Assembly: GCF_009834535.1 (NCBI RefSeq)
Contig: NC_045697.1
Coordinates: 68,202,001 to 68,266,000, forward strand
Reading direction: 5' to 3'
DNA: 64,000 nt
From: Camelus ferus
Lineage: Eukaryota
The notes beneath the pieces are model-generated. The model was not told the origin of the DNA, did not search any database, and saw nothing but the letters and a program-made list of their open reading frames with translations. Positions 1-12,470 of this stretch are shown piece by piece. The translations under genes and the position numbers were made by a program. Each line of letters opens with the position of its first letter. Position 1 is the stretch's first letter.

Positions 1-199
1 AGAAAAACACCCAGTTTTATGTTAAAGGTCTCAATAATTCAGTTATAATAAGCAGAACAAGAAGCTGACTTTTCCTGCTCTTCATTTCTAAAAGTTTCAG
101 CTCTACCTGATGAGTCTCCAGGTGAATTTCATAAGAGGGCGATTACTAATGAGTTCTAATTATGCCTAATTCCATATTCACCAACAAATTCACAGTTTT

Positions 200-305
200 G
201 TTGTGTGACATTAGGCAAGTCACTTCCTTTTCCCTGGCAATTTCTTAATCTACAAAATGTGGATATCCTACCTCACAAGAGTGTAGTAAAGTATGACAAA
301 TTAAA
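200..305 (+). mobile_element. MIR SINE fragment
   Basis: tgtgtgacattaggcaagtcactt...ctacaaaatg...cctacctcacaagagtgtag resembles the MIR core. Confidence 0.55.
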
Positions 306-2624
306 AAATATTACATATCCAAAATGCAATTGCACCATTTAGAACAGTAATTAAGAAAATTAGTAGGAATCTATGACAACTCCTTTGGAGCTAAGCCATT
401 AATTTTTAAATAAGGAAAGGAGAAACATAAAGGAGTAACCTCCTCACGATCTTTTATAACCTCTCTTTTGGGAGAAAGGAATCATGCAAGAGTTACTCTC
501 TCACAGAGAAAAACAGAAAGAGGCATCTGACCCCCAGCCTGTTTCTATTATGCTAGCATCTGCAATCATTAGGTTCAAGTGGCATTTTAAAAAATTATTT
601 TCTGCAGAAGAGTCCCAAGGAAACAATAATTATCGTTTAATGGGATTCACAGTGGCACAATAATATCATTGCTCTTCCCCACCCGAGTTCTGAATCAACT
701 GAGGAAGGCAGATGGGCACCAAAATATCATCTCTATTACTCAAAATGGAGAATGTGGCTCTAATTGGAGGGTCAGTGGGCTGTCTTATAATGAACACAAC
801 AGTAAAACTGCCTTATCCACCATGACAAAGGCAAAAGAGATTCACTGCACACTTCAGTCCTATAACAAGGCCCTTGAAAACTTATAGCATGGTGGATCTA
901 CACAGGATACATGCTTCCCAAGACAGAGACAGTGAGAGAGAGACAAAGGGTCAGCCTCTCATATCTAGCACCTACTTCCAAATTCACCTATCAGGTAAGT
1001 CCCACCTCTTCACTGGGGGGATAAAAGGATGATGAGGCAGAGAAAGTCCCAAAATATTATGCTAAAGGGGCTCCCTCTACAAGGAAGAAAACCTCAGGTG
1101 TCGAGAAAGCTCATCCTTTCCAACCCTATTCCACCTTCCTTCAAAATTACTGATGTAATAAGATAAAAGAGAGAGATAGGAGTTGTACAATGAAGCATGC
1201 ACACCCCAGCAAATAACTTGGGATCAAGGGAAAGGATATTTCCCTTCAGTTCACCTCTAATAATGCCAGACTCAGTACTAGGTGCTCAAAGAAGTCAAGC
1301 AACTTAAGTAAGGTCACACAGCCAGCAGTGGCATATGACCAGACTGTGTGCTCTTTGAATGCAGAAATTATACCTGAATAACTATTTAATAACTATAGCT
1401 TAATAACAGCCTGGAACATTATAAATATTTGTGGAAGTAAGAAAGGAAAGAAGCAAAGAAGAAAAAAGGAAATAACTGAAAGAAATAAATTTAAACCCAA
1501 GTCTGAATAGGCCCTCTCACCACTTTATATTGTCTGGGTATGGGTGTTATAACTGGGCTTTGTGACTCCTGGAATCTTATTACACAGTTAGGAAGGAGGC
1601 ACCCTTGAATGATCACAGTCTCCTTCTTAGGAACAGTAAGTCTCTCTAAGGGAAATACGCTCAGTGTACTAACCAGCTCAGATATTGTTCTAGCTGCATG
1701 CTGAGATGATATATAATTTCATGGGTCCTCAGACCAGACAAGAAAAACAAAATTAACTGCATCTAATATATAATGGTGCTTATAATCATACTTAAGATCA
1801 GCATGTAATGCCATAATTAACAGTGTAACAAGCTTGCATTAGCATATTTTAGGTATCCTCACTCAACACTATATTCAAGGCTGGGGTTGTCATTTTTTGC
1901 TGTTAAAGACTGTTCTTATAACACTGGCAAACAACAATATATGGGATTAATCCCGTTAACTCATTTATTCAAGAGATTATTCTCTATCATGTCCACGGCT
2001 GAATAAGCAAACAATAAATATCACTGAAAAATCATAGGTAATCCACTGGTCAAAAATTGAATTAAGAAGAGAAGTCATTCATAGAGCTCAAGTTTTTCTG
2101 CTCTTCATATTTTCTGGGATCTAGAGACACTACTTAAAAAGAAAAATTAAGCCAAAAAACTAGTGAGAAATTTCAAAGTGCTTTATATTAGAGGGACAGA
2201 TACCAATACACCTTTTAAACCAACATATTTGGTAAATGTGAATCTCTTCTTTTTTGAACATTCTCACATAAATGTGCTTCTGAACCTGCATTTTAGAATC
2301 AGCTCTATTGATGATTAGCAGGATCACCTCAGACATACGATGGCTCTCCTCTGGGTCTGTTACAGTATTTTATTCATAAGGATGACAGTAACTGACTGCA
2401 TGAAGACACAGGCCTAGATCAAGTAACCTCTTTATATATTTTATAGCCTTAAATATCATGATCTGTGATTATGTGTAAAAAGTTGCAATTTCAGACAACT
2501 GAGGTCCAAGGCAGTTAAGTGGTAAAATTGCTATTCTCATTCATCTGCCCTCCTGCACCCATGGCAGCATCAGGAGAGGTGCTAACTTCCTCTGACTTAC
2601 AGCCTCAGCTGTGTCAGCCTCCAC

Positions 2625-2897
2625 TGAGGTTAACGTGAAGGCTTACGCCATAATCCAACAGAACTGTAGATTTATAAGAGGAAGAGAGAGGTTCTCTCTC
2701 TCTCTCACTCACCTCTCTGTCATGTGAAAATACCCTGAGAAGACAGAAGCCAAGAAGAGAGTTCTCATCAGAAACCAAGCCCTGCTGGAAACTTGATTTT
2801 GGATTTCCCAGCCTACAGAACCGTGAAAAAAAAATTCCATTTTTTAAGCCACCCACTCTATGATATATTGTTATGGCAGCCTGAGCCAACTAATACA
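2625..2897 (+). mobile_element. MaLR LTR, 3' part (MLT1A-like)
   Basis: Typical MLT1 3' end: ttgattttggatttcccagcctacagaaccgtga...tttaagccacccactctatgatatattgttatggcagcctgagccaactaataca. Confidence 0.8.
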
Positions 2898-3039
2898 ACA
2901 TTTAATTTATGAAATGGCTTCAATGGAAACCTAATACAATTAACCAAAACAATTCAGTATGTGTAACTCTCTCTAACAGGAATAAAGAAATCTTGAATCA
3001 ATAAAACAGTATATTTTGTTGAAGCACAAATTTTAAAAA

Positions 3040-3848
3040 ATCTAAAAGTAAAAAACAAATCTAGACTCTCACCCTAAACCTTTCACAAAAATTAACTCAA
3101 AATGGGTCAGAAATCTAAAAGTAAAATGAAAAACTGTAAAACTTCTAGGAGACAATATTGGCAAAAATCTAGGTGAGCTTTGGTTTGGTAATGACGTCTC
3201 AGAAAACAACAACAAAAGCATTATCCATGAAAACAATATCGACAAGGTGGATTCCATTACCTAAAATAAACTTCTGCTCTTCAAAATACACTATTAAAGA
3301 ATCAAATAACAACAACAACAAAAAAACCCAACCTTAAAAATCAACAATAAGGAAACAAACAACCCAAATAAAGTGTGGGTAAAAGATCTGAACAGATAAC
3401 TCACTAAAGAAGACAGATGACAAATAAGCATATGAAAAGATGGTTAACATTATATATCACTAGAGAATTTCAAATTAAAATAAGTTATCACTATATACCT
3501 ATTAGAATGGCTAAAATTAAAAAATAAAATAAAAACATCAAATGCTGGTGAGAATGTGGAGCAACAGAATCTCTTATTCATTGTTATTGGGCATGCAAAA
3601 CTTGTATAGCAACTCTGAAGACAGTTTGGAAATTTCTTACAAAGCTAAACACAATCTTACTAAATGACCAACAGGCACATTCCTTGCAATTTACCCAAAT
3701 GAGTTGAAAACTCACACAAAAACCTGCACACAAATATTTACAACAACTTTATTAAGAATTACCAAAACTTGGAAGCAACAAAGATATCTTTCAGTAGGTA
3801 AATGGATAAACAAGCTGTGGTACAGTGATACAATGGAATATTATTAGT
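3040..3848 (+). mobile_element. Old L1 (L1MC-like), 3' ORF2/3' UTR fragment
   Basis: cacaaaaattaactcaaaatgg, tatacctattagaatggctaaaatt, aatgctggtgagaatgtggagcaac, caatggaatattatt are L1 3' motifs. Confidence 0.85.
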
Positions 3849-3929
3849 CTGTGTGTGTGTGTGTAAGTTCCTTGCTCTCAGTAGATGGAAATAAATCCTT
3901 AGTTCTTTCAATAAAATCCTGTGTATATA

Positions 3930-4470
3930 TATATCACTCAGGAATGATCACTCCATTGTCTTCTGGTATCTGCTGTTGGAAATTAAATAACTTCTTTCTG
4001 TCTAACTCTTGATTGTTGAATGTAATCCATTTATTTTCTCTGGTGACTTTATTATTTTCTCCCCTAGATTCTGTAGTTTCATTGAAACATGTAGAAATGT
4101 GGATTTGTTTTTATTCATCTGGATCAGGGTTTTATATGCTTCTCCAATCCAGAAAACTGTGTTTCATTGCCTCTTGAAATACTGATGCACTGCTACTCTC
4201 CCTACTACTTTTCAAATGTTCTATGAGAACTATTTGGGAGCTTCTCATTCTCTGTGATGTACTTCAACTGTGCTTTCATATTTTCCATCTCTTTTCCTTT
4301 TCATGTTATATTTCTCAGGTATTTCTTCCAATTCACTTATTGTTGCTCTCCTGGCATCTACTCTGCTTGATTTATCCATTGTTAGATATTTATTTCTAGA
4401 AATTCAATTCTTTTTCACAGTATATGCTTCAATTTTTAATAAATTTTTCTGTTCAATTTCCGTATTTCCT
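3930..4470 (-). mobile_element. Ancient L1/HAL1-type ORF1-region fragment
   Basis: T-rich antisense L1 5'-region pattern (ctccattgtcttctggtatctgctgttg...atttcttccaattcactt). Confidence 0.5.
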
Positions 4471-4489
4471 TAAACACTAAGCAATAAAG

Positions 4490-5200
4490 CAGTAAAAATA
4501 CGGGACAAGAGTTTGTTATATTTAAGAAGAAAAGAGGACATTGTGAGAGGGAGAGAATGGCAAAAAATGAGGTCCTAAAAGGTAGGCAATAAAGAGCCAG
4601 ATCATGCCGGGTCATCTAGGCCATTTTAAGGAGTTTGCATGTCATTCCAAGTGTGAAAACAGTGCCTTAAGCTGGGACAGAATATGATTTTATTTGTTTA
4701 GAAACATATCTTCTAAGAAAACAGGAGGAAGAAGAAGGGAAAAGTGACAGATGGCTACTTCAGAGGTTTAGAAAATAAATGATAGTGTTCTGGATTTGAT
4801 CACTACAATGAAAATGTAGAGAAGTGAGAAATGATCTTCAGTGTATGCTGGCCAATGTGTGCAGCTTTATGCATATTATTATTTTTAACAATGCAACAAT
4901 TGTTACGTTATTATTAGTCCAACATTGCAGGTGTGCAAACAGAGGCTTAGTATGCCAGATAACTTGCTAAATGAATAAAGCTGCCTCATAATGTAAACAG
5001 TTTTTGACTCTTAGTCCAGTCATCCTGCCCAAGAGAGAGAAACAATGAACAGACAGACAAGGTATATTCAGATGGTGACATGTGCTGTGAAGAAAACACA
5101 GCAGGATAATCAATAGAGACCAGTGGTTGGGGTGGTTGTCATTTAGCAAACTGAATTTGAGAACAGGTTGACAAAAAGGCATGAATAAATCTGGTGTGAG
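4490..5200 (-). mobile_element. L2 fragment interrupted by a MIR (~4860-5030)
   Basis: gagccagatcatgccgggtcatctaggccattttaaggagtttg is typical antisense L2; gcaggtgtgcaaacagaggcttag...taacttgc is antisense MIR. Confidence 0.6.
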
Positions 5201-6399
5201 AAGGTTTTAAATTAAAAATTAGAATTTTATATAACACTCAGCATAATATTGTTAATATTACAAGCACCTACCTGACTAAGAGTAACTTTTGCTATGCTTA
5301 CTTCTCTCCACATCTGTGGTGAGAAACACCCTAGTCTCTTCTATCAATTTCATGCCTTTCATGTGTCTAAAATGACAAATTCCTCAAAAAGAAAAGGGCC
5401 TCTTTACTTGGCTTTGGGAGCCATATGAGGGGGTTGGAGTGTCTATCTTGTGGGAGGAGTAAGGTGGCTAATACAGGAGACCCAGACTCCAATGTATAGC
5501 TATGTATGGTGGAGAATTTCTGGACAGGCAATATGTGAAAGCTGCTGAGGATAAATGACAGGTGTCTGCCTTATAGAAAGAGAAACAGACAGGGTCTAAG
5601 ACTGAGGCCTTAGCTTCTAACAATATTTCTTAATGAATGAATGGCCCTTGAGGAATTCACTTCCATCCTAAAAGTGTATCAGTATCTTAAAACTTATCCA
5701 CCTGTGTCTTTATGTTCACTGGACAAATCAACATGCTTCTAAGGAAAACAATTAGTATGTTTAAATTACATAAATTTAAGCTTTTTCTTGGCAGTCTTTG
5801 CTTGGGGAATTAAATAGCCTTAGGAAGAGACAGAGTTAGTAATGAAAAGTGTGGCCTGATGTAAATCTCAATTATTTCAAATTTCAGAAAAGATACATAA
5901 TTATGGAAGTCATATATGAACAAAAAGACAGAAGCACAGGTACACACTCAAACACACACATACTCACATTCAGGATGTTTCCACCTGCCAGTCATCTATT
6001 GATTGATATCAGTAAAAATGTGCATTTCCTGGCCTAGTCTTCCAGAAATCCTAAAGAAACTGAAAAGCCACTACTTGACCTGATAGATGACAGAACTCAG
6101 AAACAGAGTTCATGTACTTGACTGCTGGGGCTGCAATCATTTTCATTTAGTGATAAAGCACAAGTCTATATCTGACAATATCTTATTCAATGCTCATCTG
6201 CAATAAAACCAAAGACAATGTTCTCTATCATCAATAGCTCTGCAGAAAGAAAACTGTCTGGATAAGGAGAATGTAGGCACTGCCGTGAACTAAAGCCCTG
6301 GCACTCTGCCCAGAACTCTATGTGCATTTAAAAAAACTGCACTTATTCTTTCCCAATTGCGAGATGAGGATTAGTAAGGAATCCAGCCATGCAGTTTCA

Positions 6400-6620
6400 A
6401 AGCTCACATTCTGGAGTCAGAATGCCTGTTTCACATCCCGTGTGTACTTCTTGTTAGTCACATGTGCTTGGGCAAGAGATAGAATCACACAAACTCTCCC
6501 CTTCCTCCTCAGAAAATGGCTTGAATAATTGAAACTCTCTCCCCAAACAAGAGATGCTGCGAGGATTAAATGAGGATAACTTACATGCTCTATAATTGTG
6601 TGTGATCAATAATAACAATT
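6400..6620 (+). mobile_element. MIR SINE
   Basis: tctggagtcaga...ttgggcaag...gaggattaaatgagga. Confidence 0.65.
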
Positions 6621-7854
6621 TTTAAAGTACTTTCTTAGTATAAGACATAGAATAAGTAATTAAATTATCATTCCGTAATGAGACTTACTGCAAATAGATA
6701 TGAGTACCAGACTCTTGACTGAAATTATTTAAATTGAGTCACACCCAATATATATGATTATTTTAATAGCATTTGATTTTCTTTCAATCCAGGACCTTAT
6801 AAATTGTCAGTTATAACTGACGCCACATTGTGGAAGAAACTACACATTGTTTACTAGACAATTATTAACTCAAACATAAATATATATTTAACAAGCTATA
6901 AATAGTATTTAATTTGGCAGTTATACTGATTTTCTATTCCCCATTCTTGAGTTAGCACCACATTTTAGCCAGAAGTCTCTGAGTATACCTCTCTTCTGGT
7001 TTCATTTATATTCTCATCTTTCATTGTTGAATCCTATGTTGTCCAGAAAAACTCCCCTGTGCATTCAATGCATTGTTAGAAATTTTAATACCAATTTCTG
7101 AGATGGGATTCCTTAATCCCTTCTTCTTCAATAACTGCTCTGCAGTACTGGAATTTAAAAAAGATTTTTCTATCCTTCAGCATTTTCTCTTTAAAATGCT
7201 GGCTACAGATGCTTATCCTTTATTACACAGGATACAACCTAGGAAATGACTAGTTGCTTTATTTGCAAGGTACTGCAGTTTTGTACAATCTCTCTTGATC
7301 AGAATTCAAGATTCTATAATCTTGACCCCTGTGTCATCATGAGAATAGAAGGGATTTTTATTAACAGTTGCTTTCAGCCAAGAGCAAAACTTTTTTTCAC
7401 GGTGAGAAAAATGTCTATGTAGTTAATTAATGTGCTACTTGTAAAGAAAAATTATCCTTACTCATTAGATGCAAGGAATTCATTGGTTTACATAATCCTT
7501 ACAGTGTAACACTTAATGTGCACCACCATTTTTTCCTAAGAGTCACCAACAGTTTAAACTTTAAATTGTTTATTACTCACTTTCACTTTTTGTTTAGGTT
7601 ACACTTTCACATATATCCTAAACACTGGATCTTCATAAACACATGTGCTGGGTGGGCAAGGATCTTCCTACAGGGACATTAAGGCTTGAGAGATGCCCTG
7701 AAGATGATGATGAAGTTATCAGGTGGAGCTGAGATGAGGCTTGAACTGTGATCTATATCCAGAACACGTTTCACATGCCACAATGCCTTCATGAGGTATA
7801 TGTCAGCATATCCCACGGAAAAATGTGACTTGTGTTCACATCAAAATCAGCTCT

Positions 7855-10393
7855 CCAACCAAAGCCACTGAGTATATGCAGACTATACAGGAATGCTCCT
7901 ATGTAAGGACACCACTTCAACACAAACATAGATAACTATTTGACCTTTAATAGAGACAAAGAAAGACATGCAAAATGAGAAGACAGGAATTTGGCTCAAT
8001 TGAAACAGCAACAAAAAAAACCCTGAAAAAAACAACTAATGAAACAGAAATAAACAACTGGCTAAAGAATACAAAGCATTGGTAAAAAGAATGCTAACTG
8101 AATTGGGCAAAAGAATAGATGAACATCATGAGAATTTTTACAAGGAATTAGAAAATATTTTAAAAAGCTATAACTGAAGAATACAATAACTAAAATTAAA
8201 AACACATTAGAAGGAATGAACAGCAAGCTAGGTGATACAGAAGAATGCATAAGTGATCTGGAAGACAGAATAATGGAAATCATTCAATCAGAACAGTAAA
8301 AATAAAAACAAGTTTAAAACAAACGAAAACAGTTTAAGGTATCTTTGGGATAACATCAGGTGCACCAAAATTTGCATTATAGAGGTCTCAGAAGACAGAG
8401 AAAGAGAAGAGGGTTGAAAATGTATTTAATAAAATTATGACTGAAACATTCTCAGCCTGAAGAAGGAAACAGACATTCAGAAATAGAAAGCAAAGAGGGT
8501 CCCAAATAAGATGAACCCAAATAGAGTCACCAAGACATATCATAATTCAAATGACAAAAGTTACATATAAAGAGAGAATTATAAAGGCAACACAGGGAAA
8601 AAACAAAGAGTGACAAACAATGGACCCTCCATAAGGTAATTAGCTGGTTTTTATGCAGAAGCTTTGTAGGCCAGAAGGGAGTGGTATGATATAGTTAAAG
8701 TGCTGAAAGGGAAAAACCTACAAGGATACTCTACCTAGCAAGATTATCATTTACAATTGAAGGAGAGATAAAGAACTTCTCAAATAAACAAAAACTAAAA
8801 GATTTCATCAATACTAAACCTACACAAAAGGAAACGTTCAAGAGTATTCTCTAAGTGAAAAAGAAAAGGCCATAAGAAGAAGCAAGTACCTACAGGAAAG
8901 GAAAAATTCCACTAGTAAAGTCAAGTATATAGTAAACGTTGAAGATCAACCACTTACATAAGCTGGTATGAAGATTAAAAGACAAAAAAAATGTAAAATT
9001 AAGTATAACTATAATAATCAGTAAAAGGATAAAGATGAAGATGTAAAATATGACTTCAAAAAAACAAAGTGTGGGGGAAGGAAATAAAAACGTAAATCTT
9101 TTAGGATGTGTTTGAACTTAAAGTACTACTTGTATAAAACAGATATGGTCATAGGTCATCATATATGAACCCCATGGTAATGACAAAATAAGAGAGAAGG
9201 ACACAAGCATACTACTGAAAAAAATCATCAAAATACAAGGGAAGAAACCAAAAGAAGTAAAGAACAGGGAAGAACTACAAAAACAACCATAAAACAGGTA
9301 ATAAAATGGCAATAACTATATACCTGTAATGACTTTAAATGTTAATGGACTAAATGTTCCAATCAAAAAACATAGGATGAGTAATTAGATAAAATAAAAA
9401 AAATAAAAAAAATGAGACCCATCTATATGCTGTTTACAAGAGGCCAAATTCCAAGCTAAAGACAAACAAAGACTGAAAGTAAGAGGATGGAAAAACACAT
9501 TTTATACAAATGAAAACAAGAAAGTGGGGGTAGCAATTTGCTCATATCCCACAAAACAGACTTTAGAACAAAGTCTATAATAATAGACAAAGAAGGGCAT
9601 TATATAATGATAAAAGGATCAATATGAGAAGAGACTATTCTACTCATTAACATATATGTACCCAATGCTGGAGCACCTAAGTACATATAGCAAATATTAT
9701 TAGACATAAAGGGAGAAACTGACAATAATACAATAATAGTAGGAGACTTTAACACCCACTGACATCAATAGACAGATTATCCAGACAGAAAATCAATAAG
9801 GCAATAGGGGTCCTAAATGACACAATAGATCAATTGGACTTAATAGATTATATCGGAAATTCCATCCAAAAAGAGCAGAATATACCCTCTTTTCTCCAGC
9901 ATAGATAACAAGCTAGGCCACAAAAAACACATAGAACATCCTCCAGCATAGATAACATGCTGGGCCACAAAAAAAGGTTCAACAAATTTAAGAAGATATA
10001 AATTATACCAAGCATTTTTTCCAACCATAACAAAATGAAACTAGAAATCAATTACAGAAAGAAAAATGGGAAAAGCACAAAAACATGGAGACTAAAAAAC
10101 ATGCTACTAAAAAAACCAATGGTTCACTGAAAATATCAGAGAGGAAATCAGAAAATTCCTGGAGACAAATGAAAATGGAAACACAACTTTCCAAAATCTA
10201 TGGGGCACAGTAAGAGTAGTTCTAAGAGGGAAGTTTATAGAAATACAGGTCTACCTTAAGAAACAAGAAAAATCTCAAATAATCTAAACTTCTACCTAAA
10301 GGAATTAGAAAAAGAAGAAAAAACAAATCCCAAATTAAGCAGAAGGAAGGAAATAATAAAGATCAGAGAGGAAATATAAAATAGAGACACCCC

Positions 10394-10448
<55 letters not shown>

Positions 10449-12345
10449 AAAAGATCACTGTAACCAAGAGCTGATTCTGTGGAAAGTTAAGCAAAACCGT
10501 TAAATCTTTAGCCAGGCTTATCAGGAAGAAAAGAGAGAGAATCCCAATAAACAAAATAAGAATTTAAAGAGAAGAAATAACAACACAGATGCAAAACATC
10601 ATAAAAGAATGCTAATAACAGCTTATATGTCAACAAATTGGACAACCATGAAGAAATACACACATTTCTAGAAAAACACAACCTCCCAAGACTGAACCAG
10701 GAAGAAAACAGAGAATCTGAACAGACGTAACATTCATAGTGAATTTGAATTTGTAATTTAAAACAAAACAAAACAAAAACCTCCCAGCAAACAAAAGTCC
10801 AGGACTGGACCAATTCATAGGAGAATTCTACAAAACATATGAAAAAGGATTACTACCTATCTTCTCAAACTATTTCAAAAAATTGAAGAGGATGGAGCAC
10901 TCCCAAATTCATTCTATGAGGCCACCATTACTCTGATACTAAAATCAGACAAAGACACTACAAAAAGGAAAATTACAAAACAATATTTCTGATGAATATA
11001 GATGCAAAAATCCTAACAAAATATTAGTAAATTGAATCCAACAATATATAAAATCTATCATACACCATGATCAAGTGGGTTATATTCTGGAGATGCAAAG
11101 ATAGTTCAAAATTTACAAAACAATCAGTGTGATACACTACATTAACAAAAGAAAGGCTAAAATTACATAATCATCTCAATAGACACAGAAAAGGCATCTG
11201 ACGAAATTCAACATCCATTCATGATAAAAATGCTCATCAATGTGGGTATAAACAAAACATATCTCAACATAATAAAAGCCATTTATGACAAACCCACAGT
11301 TAACATCACGCCCAATGGCGAAAAGCTAAAAGCTCTTTCTCTAAATTAGGAACAAGACAAGGATGCCCACTCTCGCCACTTCAATTTGAAGTCCCATCCA
11401 CAACAATCAGACAATAAAAAGAAATAAAAGGCATTCAAATTGGAAGGAAAGAAGTAAAACTGACATAATTTGCAGATAACATGATACTATATATAGAAAA
11501 CACTAAATTTATCTCCACCAAAAAAAAAAAAAAACCTATTAGAACTAATAAATGAATTCAATAAAGTTTCAGGATACAAGATTAATATACAGAAATCTGT
11601 TGTTTTTCTATACACTAATAATAAAGTATTAGAAAGAGAAATTAAGGTAACAAACCTATTTACTATCACATCAAAAAGAATATAATACCTAGGAATAACT
11701 TAACCAAGGAGGTAAAAGACTATAAAAGACTGATGTAGGAATTTGAGAATGATACAAAGAAATGGAAAGATATCCTATGTTTTGGATTGGAAGAATTAAT
11801 ATTATTAATATGTCCATACTACTCATAGTAATCTACAGATTTACTACAATCTCTATCAAAACACCCATGACACTTTTCTCAGAACTAGAACAAATAATCC
11901 TAAAATTTATATGAAATCACAAATGAGCCTGAATTGCCAAAGTAATCTTGAGGGGAAAAAAAAAAAGTTGATCTCAGACTATACTACAAAGTTACTATAA
12001 TCAAAAATAGTATGGTGCTTGTACAAAAACAGACACATCGATCAATGGAACAGAATAGAAAGCTCAAAAATAAACCCACACATTTATGGTCAGTTAATCT
12101 GCAACAAAGCAGCAAAGAATATACAATGGAGAAAACTTAGTCTCAACAATAAGTGGTGCTACGAAAACATGGTCAGCTACAGTTAAAAGAATGAGATTAG
12201 AACATTTTCTTTCCCCATATACACAAATAAATAAAATAAAAAGACCTAAATGTAAGAGCTGAAACCATAAAACTCCTAAAGGAGAACACAGGCAGAACAC
12301 TCTAAGGCATAAATCATAGCAATGTATTTTTTTGATTTGTATCCT
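7855..12345 (+). mobile_element. Decayed L1: ORF1, inter-ORF and most of ORF2; 3' end missing
   Basis: ORF1-like 7975-8860; ORF2 start region ~9306 (atggcaata...ttaaatgttaatggactaaatg); endonuclease motif gtaggagactttaacacccc (GDFNTP); RT motifs agacaaggatgcccactctc (RQGCPLS) and tttgcagataacatg (FADDM-like); many stops and frameshifts. Confidence 0.95.
10397..10444. repeat. (CA)24 microsatellite inside L1
   Basis: Perfect CA run read directly. Confidence 0.95.
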
Positions 12346-12354
12346 GCTTCTTGA

Positions 12355-12470
12355 GCCTGCTTCTTGTTTGGTGTTTGACCTCAGCAAGCCATTTACCTTC
12401 CTGGACTTTTAGCTACTTCATCTGTAAAATGAGGAGTTTGACTCCTAATTTGTAAGATTATTTTGCCTAT
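12355..12470 (+). mobile_element. MIR-family fragment
   Basis: tgacctcagcaagccatttacc...cttcatctgtaaaatgagg. Confidence 0.6.

Noticed and set aside
940..1000. Exon ending at cag|gtaagt (~994)
   Set aside because: Strong donor but no supported acceptor, reading frame or partner exon
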